Assembly (NCBI RefSeq): GCF_009914755.1
Contig: NC_060931.1
From: the human T2T-CHM13v2.0 reference genome, Homo sapiens
Strand: one strand, 5' to 3'
DNA length: 64,000 nt
Position numbers and translations under genes: made by a program. The notes beneath the pieces were generated by a model, which saw only the letters and a list, made by a program, of their open reading frames with translations, made no database searches and was not told the origin of the DNA. This document shows, one piece after another, positions 1 to 12,868 of this stretch. How positions within the stretch are numbered: position 1 is the first letter of the stretch; every line of letters begins with the position of its first letter.

Positions 1-204
1 GTGTCTTGACTTCTGTGTCAGCTTCAGAGCTGAAGCCCCTGGCCCTCTGTGTTTGAGCAACAGACTCTGTGATGTCAGCCCATTTCAAAATGTGTGTCTA
101 TTTGCCTTGCAAGCCAAGACCCTTCCTTTATGTTTTGCATAAAATTTCCTCCACTAGCCTATTTCTTTGTATTAACCTATCTTCTTTGACAAAGTTGGAG
201 AATA

Positions 205-1252
<1,048 letters not shown>

Positions 1253-1279
1253 AATAAGCTTTTTTAAAGTAAAGAATAT

Positions 1280-1600
<321 letters not shown>

Positions 1601-2134
1601 TTATAGCCTCCCATCCCCATCTCTTTCCCCCATTCCTTTCACAATGTTGCCATTATTTGTGCACAGCACCTTTCCTTAGAACTTCCTGCAGACATTAAGT
1701 AGCTTCCACGGTGTGGCTAAAACCACCTGGGTTTCCAAAGTGTAGTTAATCTTTAAAGAAGGTGGTATCAGTTAGGTCATTAGGGCTAGTAGAAGGGAAT
1801 AGATAATCTTCAAACTGTGACTTAAAATAGCCAAGTCACACTTGAGCCTTTCAGTGGCCACTCCCCTCCTCCCTTTCTCGGTGGATTTGGGTTACCTGCC
1901 CTTCCACTGACTCACCCTGGGTCTAAGGTGATATTCAAGAACCCATGCTATTTGAGCCACCTCTTACTTTTAGGTCTGGGGTTAGTAAGGTGGAGGAGGC
2001 AGATTCAGAGTAGGGGCTATGAAACTGATGTTGGCATCTTCCTCTCTTCCTTTTCAGTCTCTCTCAATAACTCCTGACATTCCTGCCTTCCTATTTCTCC
2101 TCAGACCATCTCTCTTAGGCAAGCAATAAAGAGG

Positions 2135-2260
2135 CGGTACTAATACAGTGGTTAAGCTCATGGGCTCTGGTGCCAGACAAACTGTATTTATTTCCAGTAT
2201 CTTACTGAAACCGTTCGTTCGAAGGTCACTCATTCTCTCAAATTGAAAAATCCAGTAAAG
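2135..2260 (+). mobile_element. MIR fragment
   Basis: cagtggttaagctcatgggctctggtgccagac resembles the MIR 5' core. Confidence 0.55.
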
Positions 2261-3594
2261 TTTTTTGTGAAACTTTTAAATTTATTACTCTCTATAGTTT
2301 ATGTCATTGAAGGCCATCTCTTCCTGCTTGTTAATCTCCTCTCATCTGGCTTCTGGATACCATGTTATTCTGAATCTTCTCTCTGCCTGAATCCTCTCAG
2401 TCCCCTTGCTGGCCATTTCTGCTCCTTCTGCTATTAAATTTAGGAGTCCTCTCTCTCCCTCTCTTTTTAAACACTCTCTTATGGAGGCAGGTGCAGTTTT
2501 ACAGCATTGCCTATTACTCTATGTTCATGCCTCTGAAGTTCATTATCTTCTCTTGGTCTCAGATCTTCATGTCTCTGTCAAATGGACATTTCCATTTGTA
2601 CCTCCAGCCATCACATGTAATCCAGCATCATTTGACTAAATTTGCCATATTGTCCCTCCTGGAATCAACTTTAGCTTGCTCCCCGCATCTTCTCACTATT
2701 TTACTAGGCTTCAAACTCTGGAGTCATCTCTTGATGTATGTAACGGAGAAGGAGAAATTAGTGACTGGGTTTTAATCAATTCTTTCTTTGAAATGCTCTG
2801 TCATATCTGCCTCATTCCCTCAGCTGTAGCCCAGACTTGTTATTTCACTTAGAAGTTATTGTCACAACACCTTTGCACCCTCCTCTTATGTGAATCTGTC
2901 TGTTGTCCTGATTTTTCTCTTGGAAGAATATTCTCAGCTCAAAACCCACCACAGTTCATTTTGCCTACAAATCTAAACTCCTTTGCCTTGCTTCAGTGCT
3001 TGCTATAAGTTAACCCAACTCTGTGAATCAGCATCTTGTCATAGCTTCCAGATATGAGCCCTCTGCTTGAATCGGCAACTCATGTGCTTCCCCTAGGCCC
3101 ATACCTATGTGTCCTTGCACTGTCCACATTGTTCCCCTGATTTAGTGTTCTTTCATTTACCCACCTAATTCCTAGCCATCCTTCAAGGCCAGGGCCCATC
3201 TCTTCCATGAAACACTAGAATTCTGGCTTTCACTATCATCTCCCATTTCTTGATACTGCAGCATTTCTAGCCCATTCCTCAATGAAGCACTAAATTATAT
3301 AGAGCAGGTATTATTTTTCAGTGGTTTCTTGGGTATATGTCTAATTTTCCTTAAATAGATTGTAACCTCCTCCAGTGCAAGAATTTAAGACAGTGCCCTA
3401 GCCATTATCATGGGCTCACTCTCATTCAAGATTAAGCTGTGACTTAGGAAAACTTCTTAGTCTGAGGTTGAAGTCTGATAATAAACCTGTGTTATGGTTA
3501 ACAAGTGTGATTATGTGGTTAACTCATAAAAGTAGAAATAATTTTCATTTTTAGTAAATCTTGACAATGTTCTCAACACTTCCATGCACATTTA

Positions 3595-3715
3595 TGAGAT
3601 TTTCATATGGTGAAAAGGATCTCCATTTTTCAGATGAAGAGACTGAAGTTTAGAAACACAAAATAACTTGCTTAAAAGCTCATAGGGGTGAAAAGGCAGA
3701 GCCCTCCACTCTACT
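3595..3715 (-). mobile_element. MIR fragment
   Basis: ccattttttcagatgaagagactgaagtttaga...aacttgc. Confidence 0.55.
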
Positions 3716-4173
3716 ACAATGCTTTTTGTTCATTTATTTATAAATCATCTTCTTTCAGGAAGATCTAACTTAACTAATGTGTATGGCAAGGAATAGAAAC
3801 TATGAATCTATCTACTCCAATTATTTATGTTTTAACATAGCAATGTCTGGAGCAGAGCGTGATGTAGTCTGGAGCAGAGTGTGATGTATCTCGTGTTTAG
3901 TTTCAGTGTTCCCTTCCTAGTTAGGAGCACCAGCATCCGTTCAGTTTTGCAACTCAAAGACCAGGGAGTCATCTTCAGCCCTGCTCTTCTCAAGCTCCCA
4001 CGTCAATTTCATGACCCAGCTTGGTCAGTTTCATTGCCTCCCATGTCTCTTGACTTTCTCCACTTCTCCTCATGTCTACTGCCTGTACCATCGGCATTTC
4101 TTATTCTTCAAGAGCCTCTTTACATCTACTCTTATCCTCTCCTATTTGTTTTCTGGTTAGAATGGGCTTTTCT

Positions 4174-4898
4174 GTGGCTATTACAAAAGTAAAAAAAACA
4201 AAACAAAACAAAAACCCAACAGATGCTGGCGAAGTTGTGGAGAAAAAGGAATGCGTTTACCCTGTTGGTGGGAGTGTAAATTAGTTCAACCATTGTGGAA
4301 GACAGTGTGGCATTTCCTCAAAGACCTAGAGGCAGAAACGGCATTCGACCCAGCAATCCCATTACTGGGTATATACCCAAAGGAACATAAATCTTTCTAT
4401 TATTGATACACACATATGTTCACTGCAGCAGTATTCACAATAACAAAGACATGGAATCAACCTAATAGCCCATCAATGATAGACTGGATAAAGAAAATGT
4501 GGTACATATACACCATGGAATACTATGCAGCCATAAAAAGGAATGAGAATCATGTCCTTTGCAGGGATGTGGATGGAGCTGGAAGCCATTATCCTCAGCA
4601 AACTAATGCAGGAACAGAAAACCAAATACCATATGTTCTCACTTATAAGTGGGAGCTGAACAATGAGAACACATGGACACACAAGGGGGGAACAACACAC
4701 ACTGGGGCTTGTTGGAAAGTGGGGAGTGGGAGGAGGGAAAGCATCAGGAAGAATAGCTAATGGATGCTGGGCTTAGTACCTAAGTGACTGGATGACCTGT
4801 GCAGCAAACCACCACGGCACATGTTTACCTATGTAACAAACCTACACATCCTGCACATGGAACCCTGAACTTAAAAGCTGGAAATGAAAAAAAAAAGA
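4174..4898 (+). mobile_element. 5'-truncated L1PA (older subfamily) 3' end, inserted into an L2
   Basis: L1 3' sequence (cagatgctggc...atgttctcacttataagtgggagc...gtaacaaacctacacatcctgcacatg) with A tail. Degenerate TSD agaatgggcttttctg / agaagaagcttttctg. Confidence 0.9.
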
Positions 4899-4899
4899 A

Positions 4900-5462
4900 G
4901 AAGCTTTTCTGAATGCAAATCTGTTCATGTCTCCCTATTGCCAAACACTTTAACAGGCTTTTAAGTGTTCCTATAATGAACCTCCAAATCTTTAATACAA
5001 CCTACAATGCTCTTCATGGTCTGACACCATCTCATACCTCACCTTGCTCCTCTCTCTATCTGATCCATATATTCAGCATCTCAAATACACCTGCCCCCTC
5101 CTACAATTGGCTGCTATCCTTGCTTGGAACACTCCTACCCTTACACTTTACCTGGTTAACTTGTATTCAACCTTCATATCTTACCTCAATTATCCTTTTT
5201 TCAAGAAAGCATTCCTTGGCCTTCTTGACCAGGTCACATCACCCTACGATACAGAAACTTAGAGCATCATGTACCTGTTCTCCATCACTTATCACAGTTG
5301 AATTTTATATTTACTCCTGTGATTATTGGTGATTTCTGGCCAATACTCCTCTCCTACCAAATTAAAAGCTCCTTGAGTCAGGGATCAGTTCAGCTCCCTC
5401 ATAGGCCTAGCACATAATTAAGCAGTTAAAAATATTTGTTTAATGAGTGACTGAATGAATAA
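4900..5462 (+). mobile_element. L2 3' fragment (continues the 3900-4150 piece left of the L1)
   Basis: Ends in the L2 tail aaatatttgtttaatgagtgactgaatgaat; pyrimidine-rich L2-like body. Confidence 0.65.
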
Positions 5463-6916
5463 TTGCTACTGATGACTAGTGACCATTTTAGTTTGGTGAA
5501 TGGTTTGACGTCAATTTGTGACCAGCCAACCTCAGCTGACACTCACTAGTACTGTGCCAACAATACTGGGATCCTAGCCTTATGGTCATGTGTTGAGTAG
5601 ACAAGGCTGCAGTTGTGACATGGTCACAGTCATTCCTAACCCTTACTGAGCACATGTCTTTAAGTTGTCAGCATCACGTTTCTTTATAGCGAAGAGCTAC
5701 AAACTGAAATCCTCAATTCTGGCCTGCTTAATAAACATTGACATTTCAATACGTTTCCAGATAACAGAGACAGCGATTTTAATTTAAAACAAGGAAACAC
5801 CATATTTACCAAGTAACTGAATATAAATGTAGATGTAGTGTAGATATGTTTACTCATGTTCGAAACAAGTAACTCTGAGACTGGCATATTGTTCTAATGA
5901 TCTTTGGCATATGGCAGAGAAGTGACTCTGGCTTGGGCTCCCTCCATGCACATTTCTTTCTGAATTACCCAAAGGGCCTTGTTACAAGGCAGTGTCACCT
6001 TTAAGACAATTGTACATGAGCCTTGAGGGTAATATAATAAACAAACTGCTTATTTTCAGTACAGAACAGGGGGAAATGGATGCTCATCAGATTTTTCAAA
6101 TAACATTTGAAAGGGTCAAAATTCTTGTGGGTATGTACAGGAGACAATTAAAAGATAGATTAAAAGATGAGAAATAATTACTTTTCTTGAGTAAAAGACT
6201 CAAGGGCATAATGACTAGCTGGAGTAAATCTTAGAATGTCGCTTATTTGCAAAATGTGACTGAGTAGCTGGGTAATAATTCATAGAATTCATAAAGACTT
6301 AAAAGACTGTTGCCTTAATGGAGTTTTTTTTTCTATTTTACTTATTAAGATCGCTTTAATAATTCATGCATGGCAACACCTTTAATGAGCAACAAAATCT
6401 CACGTATCTCATTTAAACTTGGCAACTCTGCTGACAGTTAATATAGTCTCGTACCTCTGAGCCAGCAATTGTAAAGCAGCCCTAGGCTGTTACTAACTGA
6501 AACCATCCCATTTATGATAATCCTAAGAAAAGTTATGCCCTAGATGAATGGTTGAATTTTATGGTCATTTGCTAGGAAAATTTATTCATTCTTCATTTGT
6601 GGGAAGATGACAAAACAATAATAAGCCCAAACTATAACTCCTGTTCCACACACTGGATTGGTTGCTTTGCTTCTTTCTTAATGCAGCAACTGAAAACCAT
6701 TTTCTTGGAGGAAATAGGAGTTTCTATCAAGATGTTAAAGCTTTCCTATAATTAGCACCTAGTTTAGATGGTGAAAGAGAGAGTGTCATGTAACACTATT
6801 CCACTAGGCAAAGCTAATTCTCTGCTTTACTCAAACAGGAGTGGAAATGCACAGATAATTTAGATTTAACTTCTTTATCAGAATTTACTAGGCAATTTTA
6901 TTTACTTTAATTTTTA

Positions 6917-7160
6917 ATTTTTTTTTTGAGACAGGGTCTGGCTCTGACACCCAAGCTGGAGTGCAGTGGCATGATCATAGCTCACTGCATTCTCAAACTC
7001 CTGGGCTCTAGTGATCCTCCTGCCACAGCCTCCTGAGTGGCTGGGACTGCAGGTAGGTACCACCATGCCTGGCTAATTTTTTAATTTTTTTTGTAGAGAT
7101 GGGGTCTCGCTGTTGTTTCCCAGGCTAGTCTTGAACTCCTAGTCTCAAGTGATCCTTCCG
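6917..7160 (-). mobile_element. Alu (J-like), 5'-truncated
   Basis: polyT-gagacagggtctggctctg...tcaagtgatccttcc. Confidence 0.9.
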
Positions 7161-7737
7161 TACCAGGCAATTTTATTAAGCCCTGATCCCTTTCCATAGA
7201 GACAAGAATGAAAGGTTTTTCACATAAAATAATGCTTCAGGTGATAATTCTCAAGATAATGTCCATAATAAAATTTTAAAAGCAGACATAATTTAAAGGT
7301 ACATTTATTTGCTACATTCATTTATAGGACATCACTCACTCCTATATTTACAGCAGTCTCACTAGCAGAAAACAGACTCTGTTTCAGTCTATTCTGTATC
7401 CAATGGGCCTATTTTAAATGACTTGTCTGGGCATCTCTGAATTAAGTTGGAGAAGCCAAGTGATGCAGCCACTGTTTTCTTTTGTAGTTCATTCTTTAAA
7501 AATATTAGAGTTAAAAGTCAGTAAAGGCCTGGCTTTTGGGAAAACATGGAATAATGCCATGATAAAAACTGGTTTCTATTTTACTCATTAAGACAGCCTT
7601 AATAATTCATACATGGCAATACCATTAGCAATTAACAAAACCCTCACATATCTCATTAAACTTGACATGCCAAATGTTATCACATTTGGGCTCACTATAC
7701 GTAGAAGCATGTGGTGAACATGTAGAAGCATTCTTAC

Positions 7738-7906
7738 CTGGTATAAGGAGGGAGAGGCAGAGTGATTCTAGTCCACTTGTTGAAAGTGTCTGACACCAGG
7801 ATCCGTTGCAGATGATAGCGACTGCATTCCACATTGGTAGGCAGACAGTCCCTTACCAATGGGTGCCATGACAATCCAAGATCTACTGAGTATTCCAATT
7901 CAATCG
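7738..7906 (-). CDS. RELN: Reelin exon 46 (169 nt, phase 1-2): [55 protein letters not shown]
   Basis: Acceptor ttcctgtttcag|CGATTG, donor CCAG|gtaaga. BNR motif [10 protein letters not shown]. Confidence 0.96.
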
Positions 7907-8801
7907 CTGAAACAGGAAACATTATTTTGGATATAAACATATATCTGCAGACCCAGGAACCATAATTGTTTATCACATTTGTGTATGTTTTAGTTTCATT
8001 CAAATGTCAGTTTGATTTTTTCCCTATACTTATATTTCCTGCTTTGAAATGCTTCCTAGTTTAATTTTTCTCTCTGTATATTACTAGCTATTATTTTTAA
8101 ATTTCCATGTTGAAATAACTTTTAAGGGGATATGATCAAGTGAAACATAAATGTTTGTGAATCACATCTTATAATGAGAAGCTTTTGGAACAATCATCAT
8201 GACAAAAGTACTGCTTCACATACAGTTACATTATTTGAGTAACTGCATATAATTGATAAGATATATTTGTAATTTAATATTATAGTGATAGAATATATAT
8301 CACAAACATCATTTAAATGGTATATCATTTAATATAGTATAATACTTAAAAATTAATATAGTTTATTTAATGGTTAACATACAAATAAGGAACATATTAT
8401 ATATTTTAATAATTAGTGTTCAAACTGTTAATAAATTGAGCAGACTTCTCCAATTTTGACCATTTTATAGGAATCCTGACCAACTAATGTCAATTTTGAC
8501 CCTGGTATGGGTGAAACTTCTTAGAAATTGTAAACTCTCTTTTGCTTATATATCTTGCTCTGCTGTGTTATAGAATATATATAAAATATGGAAATCCAAG
8601 GGGTTTAAGGAGGGAGTTGAAGGCCACGGAATATGTGCCAATGCATGCCATCAGGTTGTGGGTCTAAAGAAAGATATTTATTTCTTTCCTTTTCTTCTTC
8701 TGGAACATTCAACCCATACCCCCTGTCTTTTATTTCTCTCTCCCTATTCACTTTATAAGCTGCCTACGTCCCTACCTCCCTTCCGAAATTGCTTTCTCTA
8801 A

Positions 8802-8980
8802 GGCTGTGGTTCTCAGTCTTGGCTGCACACTGAAATCACCTGGATACCTTCAGAAATGACTGATTCCTGAGTCTCCCTACCAGAGATTCTGATTGAACTC
8901 TTTTGGGGCATGGCCAAGGCATCAGGAGCTTTAAAGCTTCCCAGGTGATTCTCCCGTGCAGCCAGTGTGAGACCACACAC
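8802..8980. mobile_element. MER5A-like hAT DNA transposon
   Basis: gtggttctcagtcttggctgcacactgaaatcacctgg...gattctgattga...caggtgattct...gtgagaccac. Confidence 0.75.
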
Positions 8981-11490
8981 TGCCCTAAGGTTTCTAGGTA
9001 AATACAATGGCCTGGTCTCAGTCTTCATTGTGCTTGCCTCCTAACAGCATTGGACATTATTGATTACTCCCTGATTCTTGAAATGTTCTTTTATTTTGAG
9101 GGACATCATTCTGAGTCTCCTGTCTTTTATTCTGACTCCTTTGCAAGTTTGCCCAGCTATGGGCATTCTTCCAGACCCTGTTTCTGGCCATCTATTCTAC
9201 AAGTACACTCTTGATTCAGTGATCACCTCTGTGCCCCAAATTTCCTGGTTTTACATCTCAAAATAGAGTTGTGTCTACTGAGCCTGGCACGTGCTGGATG
9301 CTGGGTGTGCTGTGATGAGCAGTATAGACACAGTTCCAGCTTTCTATACTGTATGTCATCTTCACTAAAGGATATCTTCACTTAGAAGTCCTTTCACTTG
9401 AATTAAGAAAAACTCACCATTTTCCCTCATTAACAAACATCTCCTCTTAACTACCACATTTTATCAATAGCAATACTTTTACACTGGTTTTCTGGGTCCA
9501 AAATTTAGAAGTTACTTTAGCCTTTGGTATCAGAGGTTGTTAAGAAAAAACACAATTTAGAAGTTATTTTAGAAATTTTACTTTTCTGTCTCCTTTACCC
9601 TCTATGTTCAACTCAGTCCTGAGATCTGCTGATTTTTTTTGCATTATCTCATATCAATTTTATCTATTCCATGTCTCTTCATGCCACATAGTGCAACTCT
9701 ACATTGCTTCCTACAGAGGTGACCACTGTGGTTTCTTTACTGGAATTCTTCTGTACCCACCTTCATTGGCTCTGGAGCTAATCTTCATGAAACACATCAT
9801 GTCACCCCTCTGCACTTGTACTCTCTTGTTCATGACCTTACCAAGCACAAATCCCCATGCCTGCTTCTTAAGGCCCTTCTTAATTTGTTGCCAACTCCAC
9901 TCAGCCACTTTCTTCTTTCATATTATCATTCATTTTAACCTTTCTCAGGAGGCTGCACCAGCCTGTATAGAAAGTACAAGTGACTGGGCTTACGAGGGCA
10001 AAATTTTAGTCCTGGTGCTGTGCTGCAGGTTGACCATGTGATAACTTACTTCTTTGGGCTCTCCTCTACTTTCTATGTGAAGAAGGGAGTAAGAGTCTAG
10101 ACTGTTTTCAAAATCACCACACTGTACTCTTCTCCACTAGATGCAGACCAAGACCTGTTGAGGCTGGTCTGCTCTCAGTTTTAGAAGAACCCCACGTCAG
10201 CTTCTTTGCTTCTGCTTACAGCCTAGTTTGGGGGCCCTTTCTTTTCCATCCACCCTTAAAATCTACTTCAACCATCAAGGTCCACTTAAGAATTAGCTCC
10301 TTTGTGAAATGTTCCCTAACTTCTTAGATTGGCCAACCATTGGTCATCTCTTGCTCCTTTGAGTTCTCATTACATTTTGTATCAGCACTACTCTGTGGAA
10401 CACTTGATTTACTGGACTTTCTTTGAGGTATCCCATCAGGTAGCCTGTATCTACTGAAGACAGGGTGTGCACCTTCTACTTTTCTGCCTTCTCTTTTCCA
10501 AGTTCCATCCCCACTGACTAATCTAATCTTGACTGACTGTGTCTGAGGTAGAAAGAGTATCTCTGGCATTCCTCCTAAAGTATGTCTATTACGTTCAGAC
10601 TAATGAGAATATTAAAAATTGTGAATTCTGTAGGACCTTGAAAATAACCATATTCCTCAAATTTCTGCCTCCCCTCTACCCAGAATCTAAAACTGAACGG
10701 GGACCTTGCGAACATTCTAGTTTTTGTCTGTTGGAAGAAGAGTTATATGGGGATGTGAAAGACCAGGAGACCCAGAATCCTGACAGGTCTGTAAGTTCAG
10801 GTAGAGAGTCCAAGTGTGCAATGATGCCAGCTTTTATCTCTCCTACGATGGGTCTGTGTGAGTGCATGGTATGTGTGAGTGTACACATGCACATACTCAT
10901 TCTAGGGGGTGCAAATTGGTCACAATGAGGGTGGCCTGGAATGTGCTATGATCCACGGTGGCAAAAAATATAGGCAAAATGGGAACAACAAAATGTCATC
11001 ATTTGGGGGGATATAGAGAGGAGACAATAACTGGTTTCATCTAATGCCCCAAGAATTTAAATCTGTGAATATATATATTAATAAGCCCTGTATATATGAA
11101 TAAATCATATTGCTTATTCCTGGCATTCTCTATGTGATGAGAGTCCTTACTGGAAAAATACTGCAAGTGTATCCTTTATTCTGCGAGTCTAATACTATAA
11201 AACCTGGATTTACAAATTATTACTGTTTAGGTTATTTACTGTATAAAATAAGTCTTCACGTACATATGCTTAAAAAATAAGCTCACATTCTATTGCTTTC
11301 AAAAATCAACTTTTAAAACTCAGTTTTTTAATACATGCAGTATTTTCAAGAGTACAGTGTGGTTTGACTCAAAGTGCACTTGTGTTTTATTTACAGACCT
11401 ATCAGAGAGGCAGAGTAGTCCTATGACAGAGGCAGCCACAGAAGCTCATGCCCACATGCCTGTCCCTCTATCTGGAGACGGCATACTCAC

Positions 11491-11740
11491 CATAACAAGA
11501 GTCTGTGACTGAGCAGGAGGCAGCGAAGTCTATCTGTAGGAAGGAATCCTCATTCACGGCAACGTCTGTGCTGACCACGTAACGGGTGCTGGCCTTTTCA
11601 ATGAAGACCAGGGCATCACCAGTAGAGCCACACACGGGCATCTTGGTGCCTCCTGGGTGAAGCAGCCATTTCCTACTATCAAGGGTTGTGAAATCATCTT
11701 CCAAGACCGTATTACCAGAAATATTTCCTCCAATAAGAAT
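11491..11740 (-). CDS. RELN: Reelin exon 45 (250 nt, phase 0-1): [83 protein letters not shown]; start of repeat 6
   Basis: Acceptor tacatttcag|ATTCTT, donor TATG|gtgagt. Within ORF 11468..11776. Confidence 0.96.
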
Positions 11741-12459
11741 CTGAAATGTATTTTTAAAAAATCCCAAATTTTCCATTTAGTTTTAAGAAATGGAAAGTTC
11801 TGCCTTTTTCGTTTGTTTGTTTGTTTGTTTTGATCTGTTGGCCTGCTCAGAACTGGCACTGGACGGCCAGCAGAATGTGAGGGGCCTTTCAGAATGCTCT
11901 TGTTTATGTCTGCTTGCCCATCTGGCAAGAAACTACACAAAACAAATCAAAGGATTGACAAAACCATTCACAGCCTACATTGGCCAAACTGTGCCTTTGC
12001 AAACGACATGTACCCAAGCTGGGAAGCAAAATTTGGCTTATGTGTGATTATTTTCCATGTAAAATTTCTATTTAAGGACAGTTGTACCCTAAGGCATTTC
12101 AGTTCCAATTCTTTGCATGAACTCTACGGTTTGTTAACAGGTTCTTTGAGTTCTATTTGATATACATCTTATTATGTATAAAGATCCTTTGGAGCAGTCT
12201 ATAAGGATGTGGGGGAGATTGATTTATTTTTTTCTTCAAAGGCAAGAAAGAGGATTTGGGAACTACTGCATGTGGCACCAATGCTAATTTGCACATTTTC
12301 CTTTTCAGAGAATTATAACCTTGTATCACGCTTGATAAAGTCCCTCTATCCATATGGCAGAATCCTCTATGAGCAGGACCTAGTCCTTCTGTTATGTTGT
12401 TTATTTTTATAAGCTTAGGCAACTGAAGGAATAGAGAATGAAAGGAAGCTAAATGCCAT

Positions 12460-12570
12460 ATCTAATCTAGCTGCGTGCCCTTGGGCAAGTCACTCAACTG
12501 TCAGTTCTGGGTTTCATCTACTGAGCAAGCAGGTTGAACTAAATGCCTTCTAAGGCCACATTCAGCTCAA
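12460..12570 (+). mobile_element. MIR fragment
   Basis: cttgggcaagtcactcaac...aggttgaactaaatgccttctaaggcc. Confidence 0.55.
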
Positions 12571-12609
12571 GTGACGACAATTAAAATAGTTAATCCTGAA
12601 GGGACTGAC

Positions 12610-12868
12610 CTGATCGATAACCCAGGGGCTGTAGAAGTGCCCATTCTCAGACGGTTGCCACCAGCGAAGGCGAGTAGAACCAGAACGGGCTTTCAAGGGT
12701 ATCTCCAGGGCAATGTACCTGCCCACATTGCTGGAATTGCTGAAAAGGAACTCCTGAAGAAGACTCCACGAGAGGCCACCGTTGAGAGAATACTGTAGGA
12801 GCACGGGTTGACTCCTGGGGTCAGGAACGCCTTTACCACATCCCAGTCTCATGAAGAACTGCACAAAT
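12610..12868 (-). CDS. RELN: Reelin exon 44 (259 nt, phase 2-0): [86 protein letters not shown]
   Basis: Acceptor caaatgtcag|ATTTGT, donor TCAG|gtcagt. Overlaps ORF 12562..12864. Confidence 0.96.

Noticed and set aside
4416-4760. 114-aa ORF MFTAAVFTITKTWNQP...
   Set aside because: C-terminal remnant of L1 ORF2 in a 5'-truncated copy; not a host gene.
12571-12798. Plus-strand ORFs overlapping RELN exons (also 15108, 23344, 38609, 46491)
   Set aside because: Antisense shadows of coding exons; no independent splice or start context.
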